Positions 14,201-26,200 of a DNA stretch of 64,000 nucleotides are shown in pieces. The position numbers and the translations under genes are program-made. Source of the stretch: Felis catus (taxonomy: Eukaryota); NCBI RefSeq assembly GCF_018350175.1, contig NC_058369.1, forward strand, positions 20,152,001-20,216,000, written 5' to 3'. The notes below the pieces were generated by a model that had not been told where the DNA came from, ran no database searches, and was given only the letters and a program-made list of their open reading frames with translations. Each line of letters begins with the position of its first letter. Positions within the stretch are counted from its first letter, which is position 1.

Positions 14201-17200
14201 CAAATAGATGGGTCTTCTTTTTCTATCCATTCTGATACCCTATGTCTTTTGGTTGGAGCATTTAGTCCATTTACATTCAGTGTTATTATAGAAAGATATG
14301 AGTTTAGAGTCATTGTGATGTCTGTAGGTTTCATGCTTGTGGTGATGTCTCTGGTATTTTGTGGTCCTTGGAACATTTCATTCACAGAATCCCCCTTAGG
14401 ATCTCTCATAGGGCTGGTTTAGTGGTGATGAAATCCTTCAGTGTTTGTTTGTTTGGGAAGACCTTTATTTCTCCTTCTATTCTAAATGACAGACTTGCTG
14501 GATAAAGGATTCTCAGCCACATATTTTTTCTATTTATCACATTGAAGATTTCCTGCCATTCCTTTCTGGCCTGCCAAGTTTCAGTAGATAGGTCTGTGAC
14601 TAGTCTTATAGGTCTCCCTTTATAAGTTAGAGCTTAATTACGTTCTTACAACCCCACTTCTCACAACTCTACTGTCCTTTGACGTCTCAGACTGCAGGCT
14701 ACCCTTTCTGTGTGCCCCACACCAAGCACTGACCATGCTGGCCTGTGTTAGCTGTTGTCCCTGCCTCCTCTACCAAATGATGAGCTAGGTATTGGGCACC
14801 AGGGCCGTTTCTTGTGCATTTTTCCTTAGAACCCAACATAGTCCCTGAGACATGTTAGATTCATGGGGATGAAAATCAAAGTTAACATTTATTGAGCACT
14901 TCTAAGAGCTAGAGCACAGGGACACCAAAGAAGACTGTTAACCACCATTACTGCTTCACAAACAAGGAAATGTAGGCTTAGAGAAGTAAATATCTTGCCC
15001 TGAAGTAGGCACCTGGTTGTCACAGGACAAATATTTGTTGAATGTATAATAAGATGTCACTTGTCATTTCAGGAATATTGATTCCATAGAATAAAAGTAA
15101 TTCTGAAAACACAAAATTGTCAATATTACCAACTATGACATGATATATATATATATATTTTTTTAATGTTTATTTTTGAGAGAGAGAGAGAAACAGTGTG
15201 AGTGGGGAAGGGGCAGAGAGAGAGAGAGAGACAGAATCCAAAGCAGGCTCCAGGCTCCGAGCTGTCAGCTCAGAGCCCGACATAGGGCTCAAACCTATGA
15301 ACCTTGAGATCATGACCTGAGCCAAAGTCGGACACTTAACTTCCTGAGCCACCCAGGTACCCCATGACACGATATATTTGAAGAACTTAGCATTTTATTT
15401 GACTTAAAGACATTGGTTTTGCATACATTGATCTACAGCATTACCTGCTTTGGATTTCTCAGTTTCTCCTAATAACTTCTCCCTTTATCAGCACTATAGA
15501 GGGTGATGAAGTAATATCCCCATATCTTCCCATCACCAACTCCTGTGCCTAATACAGAAGTTCTAACACTTGAATAGGCATCACAACTGGGAGGGCTTAT
15601 TGAAACAGATTGCTTCTCCTTTTCCCAAGTTTCTGATCCACTGGGAGCCTGAGAATCTTCATTTCTAATGATATCTAATGACTGATACTGCTAGCCCAGG
15701 GGCCCATTTTGAGAATTCAAGGGAACTACTGCACCCATGTTTACACAGTCATACCCCCTGCTGCTCCAGGTCCCTTTCCCCTATTTGCCATGTCCTGGAA
15801 AACACAATCTACCTATACCTGCATGTTTGAAGAGAGATCCCTTATTATAAACAGACCCTTCTTCCCCTGGGAGGCTTGTGGGCCACTGATTGACCCAGTA
15901 AGAAGAGACAAGATTTGAACTGAGAATAAGATCCCTTGGCCTCTGGTCCTGGCTCTATCTGACTTTACATGACCCAGGCAAGTCCCTGCTGAAGTCTCTT
16001 CTCCACACAGAGAAAGACATGGCATCAATCCCTAAGGACCCCTGGTCTCATATTTTCTTTCTCTGAAATGCATATTCAAGCAGCTGACTCATCAGGCCAT
16101 ACGTGAATGTGTGACAGTCTCTGCAGAGCAGACCACTATAAACAGAGCCACATTTATTCATCCATTCTCATTTCCTGCTGAAGGGGTTCAGAAATCATAA
16201 TTGCCTTCAATGAATTTTCTAATTCAATTATTTTTTTATAACTTCATTGCTTTAGGACTCTTTGGCCCTATGTGAAGTGAGAAAATGCTTCTGTTATAGC
16301 TCATTATTAAAAGCAGCCATGCCTCTTTGTTTATATGAAGTATTTATATAAATAATACCAAAATACCACATTTATTTTTTTAATATGATTTATTGTCAAA
16401 CTAGCTAACATACAGTGTATACAGTGTTCTCTTGGATTCGGGAGTAGATTTCCATGACTCATCACTTGCATACAACACCCAGTGCTCATCCCAAGTGCCC
16501 TCCTCAATGCCCATCACTCATTTCCCCTACCCCCATCAACCCCTCAGTTTTTTCTCTGTATTTAAGAGTCTCTTATGGTTTGCCTCCCTCCCTCTCTGTT
16601 TGTAACTATTTTTTTTCCTTCCCCTCCTCCATGGTCTTCAGTTAAGTTTCTCACATTCCACATATGAGTGAAAACATATATCTGTCTTTCTCTGACTGAG
16701 TTTCTCTTATTTCACTTAGCATAATACCCTCCAGTTCCATCCTCGTTGCAAATGGCAAGATTTCATTCTTTTTCATCACTTAGTAGTATTCCATTGTATA
16801 TATAAACCACATTTTCTTTTTTTTTTATGAAATTTATTGACAAATTGGTTTCCATACAACACCCAGTGCTCATCCCAAAAGGTGCCCTCCTCAATACCCA
16901 TCACCCACCTCCCCTCCCTCCCACCCCCCATCAACCCTCAGTTTGCTCTCAGTTTTTAACAGTCTCTTATGCTTTGGCTCTCTCCCACTCTAACCTCTTT
17001 TTCTTTTTTTCTCCTTCCCCTCCCCCATGGGTTCCTGTTAAGTTTCTCAGGATCCACATAAGAGTGAAACCATATGGTATCTGTCTTTCTCTGTATGGCT
17101 TATTTCACTTAGCATCACACTCTCCAGTTCCATCCACGTTGCTACAAAAGGCCATATTTCATTTTTTCTCATTGCCACGTAGTATTCCATTGTGTATATA

Positions 17201-20200
17201 AACCACAATTTCTTTATCCATTCATCAGTTGATGGACATTTAGGCTCTTTCCATAATTTGGCTATTGTTGAGAGTGCTGCTATGAACATTGGGGTCCAAG
17301 TGGCCCTGTGCATCAGTACTCCTGTATCCCTTGGGTAAGTTCCTAGCAGTGCTATCGCTGGGTCATAGGGTAGGTCTATTTTTAATTTTCTGAGGAACCT
17401 CCACACTGCTTTCCAGAGCGGCTGCACCAATTTGCATTCCCACCAACAGTGCAAGAGGGTTCCCGTTTCTCCACATCCTCTCCAGCATCTATAGTCTCCT
17501 GATTTGTTCATTTTGGCCACTCTGACTGGCGTGAGGTGATACCTGAGTGTGGTTTTGATTTGTATTTCCCTGATAAGGAGCGACGCTGAACATCTTTTCA
17601 TGTGCCTGTTGGCCATCGGATGTCTTCTTTAGAGAAGTGTCTATTCATGTTTTCTGCCCATTTCTTCACTGGGTTATTTTTTTGGGTGTGGAGTTTGGTG
17701 AGCTCTTTATAGATTTTGGATACTAGCCCTTTGTCCGATATGTCATTTGCGAATATCTTTTCCCATTCCGTTGGTTGCCTTTTAGTTTTGTTGGTTTAAA
17801 CCACATTTTCTTTATCCATTCATCAGTTGATGGACATTTGGACTCTTTCCATAATTTGGCTATTGTTGATAGCACTGCTATGAATATTAAGGTGCATGTA
17901 CCCCTATGAATCAGTACGCTGTTTCCTTTGGATAAATTCCCAGTAGTGTTCTTGCTGGGTCATAGTGTAATTCTGTTTTCAACTTTTTGAGGAACCTCCA
18001 CACTGTTTTCCAGAGTGGCTGCACCAGTTTGCATTCCCACCAACAGTGCAACAGGGTTCCCCTTTTTCCACATCCTCATCAACATCTGTTGTTTCCTGAG
18101 TTGTTAATTTTAGCCACTCTTGAGTGGTGTAAGGTGCCACGATACTACATTAAAAATGTTTAATTTTTTTTTTATTTTTAATGTTTATTAATTTTGAGAA
18201 AGACAGAGAGACAGTGGGAGCAGAGTGGGGACAGAGAGAAGGATACACAGAATCCAAAGCAGGCTCCAGGCTCTGAGCTGTCAGCAGAGCCTGATGCAGG
18301 GCTCAAACTCATGAGCAGTGGGATCACGACCTGAGCCGACGTCAGACGCTCAACCAACTGAGCCACACAGGTGCTCCCAGTACCACATTTTAAAGGCTAA
18401 TGAGGGGTTTAAAAGACTTTTATCTCATATCACTTATGACTAATTTCTCACCTCAGAGTAAATCCAGTGTGGCTTATTGGAAGTGGCTGAGCTGCTGAAC
18501 ACCTTGCAGATCAGTTGAGTAGGAAAAAGTACAGTATTGCTCCTCACGGTTTAAGAATTCAGTAACAAATGCAGGTGCCCCAGTGATGAGGCAGTGGCGA
18601 GGCAGCAGCCCCAAGGGCTCTAGGTCCTATGGGGACAAACAGTGGAGCTTTTTATCCTGAAGTAGAATCTGAAGGAAACACTCATACCTTGCTCAACTCA
18701 GAATCATGTCAGCCATTCGAGTAAGGGCTAGCCCTGCTGCAAGCTTCCTTTGTGACTGGCTGACTAGAGGGTAAAGTTCTAACCAAATGTATTTTACTCA
18801 CACAAATTCTTTTGAGTGTACATTTTTTTAAGAAAGAGAAACACTTGACAAAGACCTCTTTTGTATCCAAAATACTTTTCTTTACATGGAATCCTTGCCT
18901 TTTGACCCTAGACTGGGAAAAGAGTATCTGAGGTGTGTAAGTTCCAACTTTAAACCACTGGAGTGGGGAGCCTTCCTAATCAAGGGGGCAGAGTGGTTTC
19001 TTGGTGCTGTAGATGAGGTCCTGCCTTCCCTCGGATTTATTTAGTACAAGGACAAAATCAGGAAGCAGTTCCCAGCCATTCTCACCTGTGGTAGGAGCTA
19101 GATTTCCCAATCTTCCTCTGAGGTCAGCTTGGGTTCATGAAGTCTCTGCTTCCCTCTAGGTGGAGGCTGAGCTGATTGACAAGCTGGACAGCATGGTGTC
19201 AGAAGGGAAAGGCGACGAGAGTTACAGAGAGCTCTTCGGCCTGCTGTAAGCTGCTTTAGCCCCAAGCACCCCACACTGGGGGAGGGGGTGAAATGGGCTG
19301 ATGAGGGGTAGGGGTGCAACCCACGCTGGCTGGGCTTCAGAGGGTGAGTATCAGGAGTGACCTAGATTGTTCCTAGTCAATAGGACGGTGGCATTATGGC
19401 AGCAAGCTCTCAGGGATTGCCATAGTTGACTAAAGAGGTAGAGACAGGCGGTAACTCTGAGCTCTTAGATTTGCTGATAGGAAAAGGGTCTTTATATGTC
19501 TTCATAGCATGCACTGTATCCAGTTGGGCACACAGCCCATGGGGACTCTCTGAGGGCTCAGTGCTGGCATTTCTGAGAGGTAAACAGTTAAATCCTTGCT
19601 TCATAAGATGGTACAATCAACTTTGAAAAAACACTACCATGGATCTTGTGACTTTAACAAATTGTGCCCACTCTCCAGGACAGTTTCCCTGTTTGTGAAA
19701 CAGGGTGTTTGTACTGAGTGATGTCAGGGATTTTCCCAGGTCCACATTCATAGCTCCTGTCTTTTTTTTTTTTTAACATTTATTTATTTTTGAGACACAG
19801 AGAGACAGAGCATGAACAGGGGAAGGTCAGAGAGAGGGAGACACAGAATCTGAAACAGGCTTCAGGCTCTGAGCTGTCAGCACAGAGCCCGATGCGGGGC
19901 TCAAACTCACGGACCATGAGATCAACCTGAGCCAAAGTCGGACACTTAACCAACTGAGCCACCCAGGCGCCCCTCATAGCTCCTGTCTTGAAATGTTGGA
20001 GGCCAAGAGTCTTTGCCACAGGGCTAAGTCCAAAGGAGGGACTCGGGAGAGCCATGATTCTCCCAGATAGATAGTGATGCTGGACATTTTATCTTCCAAA
20101 AAAACAAAATTTTTAGACTTTTATAGCTCTAGAGTCTCCTCCCATCTCACTCATTATTTCCAGCTTTAATATTTTCTTTGTTTTCATGCCATTTTGAAGA

Positions 20201-23200
20201 CAAGCCTATGACATATTTTTCCAATAATAATACTGTACATTTGCTTAGAACTTTACAGTGTACAAATGTGTTGACGTTTCTTACTTAATCCTCACAACAC
20301 ACCTGTGAAGTGAGCAGGGCAGAAATTATCTTCATGAATAAAGGTGGTGAAACTGAGATGAGGAAAGTGTTAGCATGCCCTCGGTTGAATGACTTGTGAA
20401 AAGCCACTCTGGGGGGAGGACTCAGATCTTCCAATTTCAAGAAGGGGGAATCTTTCTGCTATATCCTACCCACTTTGTTCCTTAATGAGTCACACAAAAT
20501 GTGAATTTATTTGAAATTTAAATAATTATAATTTGTGTAAATGAATCTATACCTTAGTATTTTTCTTTTAGCTAAAGATGTTTCTAACTGTGGAAATAAT
20601 GCAGAGAAATCTCTTCCTAAGTCACTAACAGATGATTTTACTACAAAGGAAAAAGCACACAAATAACTTGCACTTACTAATTACCTGACCAAATAGTGTT
20701 TCATAAACTCTTCTAAATCATGTTTGAGGACTGAAAACTTCCGAGAACCATAAAGCAGCATTTCCCAATTTGTGTTTTGGGGAAGTTGCTGGGGGAAAAA
20801 AGTAAGTGGTCAGTTCAGAAAAGATTCAATTAAACAAAATTGAAGAGACCTCTGTTACAGGACTTAGCAAAGCCTTTAATAGGCAGAAAGATGTGAAATA
20901 TCTCTGACAGGAGTGTGTAGTGACCAGCATTTCCCAGGCTTGTTTGCTCGCAGAATACCTTTCTTGGTCCTCCAGGACAGCAGAGCTCTGGAGAATAGTT
21001 TGGGAAATACTGACACAGTGGCTTCATCCACACAGCTCAGGGGCCAGAGCAATGGTGTGCCTTCTCTCTCTAGTAATATAAGTCACATGGGAAACCCTCA
21101 CTTTCCCAGAAGCCTCAGCTCAGGCCATATACTCTGTGTGGGGAAGACTGTCGCCATCATGGCAGCATTAACAGCATCCAGGTTGTGAGTGGGAGTGCCC
21201 ATTGCTGGGCTTTTAGCTGGGCCTGCCACTCCAGGTGACTTTCATGACTTTTAGGGAGTGAGGGACAGTGTAGAAAGGAATCAGGAATGAGATCTGGACC
21301 TGGGCTCATCACTAGAGCAAGCAGACAGTCTAGGTCATCATCCCCTAGGAGAGATCTGTGGGAAGGCAGAGGAGCCAGAGGCTACCCTGAGGTGCCAGGA
21401 GCATGGGCTGGCAAATGAGAAAAGGACCTGGGCATTTAGCTCGTGGCTCTCGCAATTTTCACTTGGAAACATCCCCTGACAGTGGAGATGACCAGGTATA
21501 ACTCCTAGTTTCACTCACTGCCCTTCATACTGGGCCCTCAAGACTAGTCGGAACCTTTTCCTTGGTTTACATGAAAAGTTGAGTTTGTATGTTTGCTGAG
21601 GATGCCTCTGAGTAGTGATGGAGGTAGTTGGCCAACTGCAAAGCCAGATCCATCCTCAGTGGGCTCTTATTCAGCTGCTGTTTTAGAACAAACCTCACAG
21701 CATACACCTAAAGGCTGGGGCTTTAAAACCCCTTCCTCAGTTCATTGGCATCCTTAGGAACTTATACAGGAAAATGGAAAATATGCTCATCTGTTCCTGC
21801 CAGTTCAGTAATCACCTTGTCTTTGCTTTCTGCTGCATGGAGTAGAACCCAGCTGTTTGGGCCCTACCCCAGGTAAGACTGTAGTGTGGTAAGTCTTCTG
21901 TCTCCAGATCCATCACAGGCTCCGTGGGCTCTGGGACCTCACTTTTGTGCCCAAAGAAGGCTCATAAATTGTATACTGTGTTTGTTTCCCCCCACCCTCC
22001 AACTAATAGCCTACTGGAGAAGGTTGAACAGGAAACATGGCGTGAAACCGGCATTTCCTTTGTGACCTCAGTCACCCGCCTCATGGAACGCCTTCTTGAC
22101 TACAGGTATCTTCTCAGGCACCTACCTATCTGACCTCTTGTCTGATCAGGATACTTGCCTCAACAAGGACATCCTCTGACCTTAAAATTGAAACCATGTG
22201 GCCTTCAGGGGGAGGACTCTTCTGGTTTGGGTGCCATCATCAGTCATTGGGAATCTACTGATGGCCAAAGAGAGGGAAAGAGTCCTCTCCCAGGGGTAGG
22301 TCAGGGCTTCCTAGGATCCCCCCTGATATGTGAGCACATATATCCAGGAGGCATCCCAGGGACATGCAGGTTTCCATCCAGAAAGGTCACAGCTCAGAGC
22401 AATGCAGCGAACAACTGTAGGTCCTTTGTGCTGTGTTCCTGAGAGCCATATGACAGATGGGCGGGGAAATATCACCCGGTACAGAAGTGTGACACAGCAG
22501 GACTTCCAGTTGGTTTTTCCAGGAACTGGGGATCCTACTTTTCCATGCCTCCATTCTTTGCCTAAAGTGTTTTTTTCTGTCCCTTGGTCCTGACCATGAA
22601 CAGATTAGAGGAAGCAGCCTGTGAGCTCAGAGATCTTTATGCTATGTTCAGTTTGAGAGTTCATGTAAAATTAGTTTTTTCATGAAATCTTGCTTTCTGT
22701 CATATCACGGCTTTTGAATTACTCCAGATGGGGCAATGAAGCCACCATTGCAGGCTTCATTATTCTCTTAGCAGAGTTCATGTGGTGGCTAAGGGTACCT
22801 TTTAGGAGCCTAGAGGGAGGTGATAGGGAATGAGGAAGAATGACGGAGGAAATCCATCCCCAAGCAATAGTTGTCTCCTCTGTGCTACAAGACATGTAAA
22901 CGCCAAGGGAGAGCACTTCCAACCCATGCATCAGGAAATGAGGGGGTTTAGGCCACCTCCAGTTGCTGCTGAATAGAAGGTACTCCTATGGCAAGACTTC
23001 TGCTTTGCAGAAGACTCAGGTGTCCAGTGTACTATCTGGACATGGAAATGGAATTCCTGAGAAATGGGTTCCCATCTTAGGCATCCCCTCTTCCTGTAGC
23101 ACAGTTGTGCTTGTGCAAGTTTCAGCCCATTTTTCCTGGACCTTAAAAGTTGACAAGTGGCCTTTTGGGGATGCCTTTTAGAACAGTGGACTCCTTTGTT

Positions 23201-26200
23201 CATGCCATATCCCCAGCCTTTTCTGTACCTGCTATCAGACAGGGAAGAGGGATGCACAAAACTCTATACCTCCCCCTCCCTAAAACATTTACTAAAGGTT
23301 AAGCTCTATTCACTATGGCCTACCAGAAAGAGCCTAAATTAATTTCTTAGCCTAGTTCTAGCTTCCTGTTTGATTTTTGTATCTACCTTGTACAAATAAC
23401 TCAAACTCATGGCCAAACCCAATTTCATTCTCTTCCATTTCTTGTCTCAATAATGGGTTCATTAAAAAACAAAATTCATGCTCTTTCACATGGCAGCAAA
23501 GCCCCTTCATAAACTGGCCTTTGCCTACTCCTCCAGCCCTGTTCCTTGACAGTCCCAGCACCCATGTGCACATACTAACCTCCTACCTCCTAGTGTTGCT
23601 CCCTGTTAACACAAAAGGAAACACCACAATGTTTATCATGGCTCTTATCTGTTAAAAATACACTATGTGCTTTGTGCTTGACAAGCATTATCTCTAATCC
23701 CATAAGGAGCTGTGAAGGGTTATCCCTGTTTTTATCAGTGAAGAAACACCAGTGATAGGAAATGCGATTGCTGGGATTTGAACCCACATCTGACTCAAGA
23801 GCCATGCCCTATTCTTTCATCCATGTTGTCACCACTCACATCCCCTCTCTTCAGGCTTCTCTACATGCAATGTCCTCCCAAGAGTGGCCTTCCTACCAAG
23901 CCCCATCAAGGAAGTTTTGCCATTTAAAAGCTTACCTGGATCTGTATACACTTCTTTCAAAGCATCAGTCACCTTGCATGATGATCATTTGTCACCTTTC
24001 TGACTCATTCAATTGAAGAGAGAAGCCTCTTGAGGACAGGGACCTTGTCCTTATCTCCCTGGTCCCCTGCATGGAGCCTTGATGGTCCTCTGACAAGTGT
24101 ACAGTATATATTGACCAATTGGAAGACCGTGCAGGAACCAAAGTAGTCTCTTTTACCCCAGTGCAGTTTAGTGCAATAAGAACCTACTAAGAAAATAGTT
24201 GACAGATACATATACATTGATTAGGCAAATAATTAATAGGTTATACTCCAGAATGATCTGAACCTAGAGTGTGAGACTCTGTTTTAGACTAGCATGAACC
24301 TTAAGTACTCAAAGGAGTACCTCTTCAACTTTTGTGTGAATGATACTCTGTGTCAGATATAAAGATGCTCACTGGTGGCAACTGTATTTCTCAGGTTAGG
24401 AAGCAGAGCCCGTGGGGTAGGGGGAGTGGTTCTTAGTGCCCTGGAACATACAGGGACAGGGCTAGGGTTGCCAAGCCCTTAGGACTTTAAGTGGAACCTC
24501 CACCTGGAAGAGGAACTGGAGGTTATGGAGCCTTCCTTTCTCAGGCCTCTCCAGTTGCACTAAGGGCTGCCTGGGCCCTGGTCTAGGTCACCACAAGCCC
24601 AGTGCTCACAACCGGTTGCTTCAGAAGCCTCTTTAGGAGGGTCTTCCCTGTTCGTCCTCCAGAGAAAGAACAGGGGAGAGCAATGGCTGCACCCAAGTCA
24701 GAGGCTTTAAAAGGTGTCCTCTATGTTGAGTAGCCACACAGAAGTGATGCACAGCCACACAGAAGAGAAGAGGCAGCTGTTAGCAGTGCATGGGAGAGGT
24801 GGTCATAGAGCACAAAGGTGTAGGGAATGGCCCTGCCATCACAGGGTTGAGGACAATACTTTCCCGTTTAATTGACTTGGCAATGAAGTTCTAGTTATAG
24901 CCAAAAAGTAGGTGATGCCTGGTAAGTGTTTCAGATGCTTTCTAGAAAAAACAAAACAAACAAAAACAAAAAAACAAAAAAAAAAAACACTAAATGCCAA
25001 AGTAGCTAGTTCAGACCTCACTACTCTCTATCGGCCAACTTATTGGAGAGACAGATGCTTCCTGCCACTTTCTATGTTGCTTGTAACTAACTAGTTGGCC
25101 ATTTGGTCCACCTCTTAAAAAGTCACAGCACTTTCCTGTCCCTACTAGCACTAAAAGGTTCTGCAGTAGCCTGTTAAGGACCCCCATGTCTGACTACAGA
25201 GGAACCAAATGCCATATGGCAGTTAGGGAACCAAAAAAGGAGGACGACCTTGGTTTCAAATCCCACAGAGCTGCCACTTCTGATAGTAGTCCTCCATAGA
25301 AGGGAGGACACTTGGCTTTGCAGAATATCATGCGAGTTGTGTGTTTTTTTCAGTATTCCTTTCTTTCAAAGAAGTTATCCCTTTGTGAGCTGGATTGCAG
25401 CTGGGAAGGCGGGGATAACTAACTTTGTCACATTATCACCCAGAGGTTCAGTGACTTGGACTAAGGCTCCTGACTCCCAACTGTGATGTTTCTCACTGGG
25501 CCCCATGCCTGTTAGTAGAGCAAAGTCAAGATACTCTCTCCACCTGATCTTAGTGGTCCATAAACCCACTTATGCTGCCTTTCCCTAACACACAGCTACA
25601 CAAGGAACTATATCTATATGCCAGAGCACTGTAGAGTGCCGTAGAAGGAGACACAGCAAACAGATGGAACTCTGGCTGGCTGTGTGTAGAGGAGGCTTCT
25701 GGCGAGATTCACCATTCTGGTTCTCCTTCTCCTTAGTCTCCTTGTGCCAAGACTCTGCTACTTCCAGAGGAGCTTGGTTTTGACCAGTCCTCCTCTCTCC
25801 CTAGGGAAGGATCCATTCTCAGTGTTCCTGTTGTTCTGTGTCTCACAGACCAGCCTTGACCCCTCTTACACCCAACCCTGCTCTGATCAGCATGAATGTA
25901 ACTCAGCCCTGGGTGAAGCTACCCCTAAATCAGAAAGAAACTTTAAACCTGCTGCTTCTACTTAGTACACAGGAAGGAAACCATAGGGAGAAAAGCCAGT
26001 AAGATGGTTAATATGGTGGCCATGCCACGGTTGCTGTAACCACAGGGTCTTGAAGCTAGGTCTCTGGAGTGGAGCATATTGGCTTCTGTTGAATGCTGTC
26101 CTACAAAATGAAACTTTCCCTGTAAGAAAAGCTCTGTGCCTCTCCTTCTGGGGACTTGAGGATTTGACATTTATCTTTACTGATACATTCTTCTGTGCTG

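Noticed and set aside
9896..14632. Active L1 or domesticated reverse transcriptase gene
   Set aside because: No 5' UTR promoter, ORF1 truncated, ORF2 broken by many stops/frameshifts and a nested insertion
22106..22113. Second possible U12 donor (AG|gtatcttc)
   Set aside because: Strong exonic CAG for U1, and the downstream acceptor at 26476 has a normal polypyrimidine tract with no CCTTRAC-like branch site
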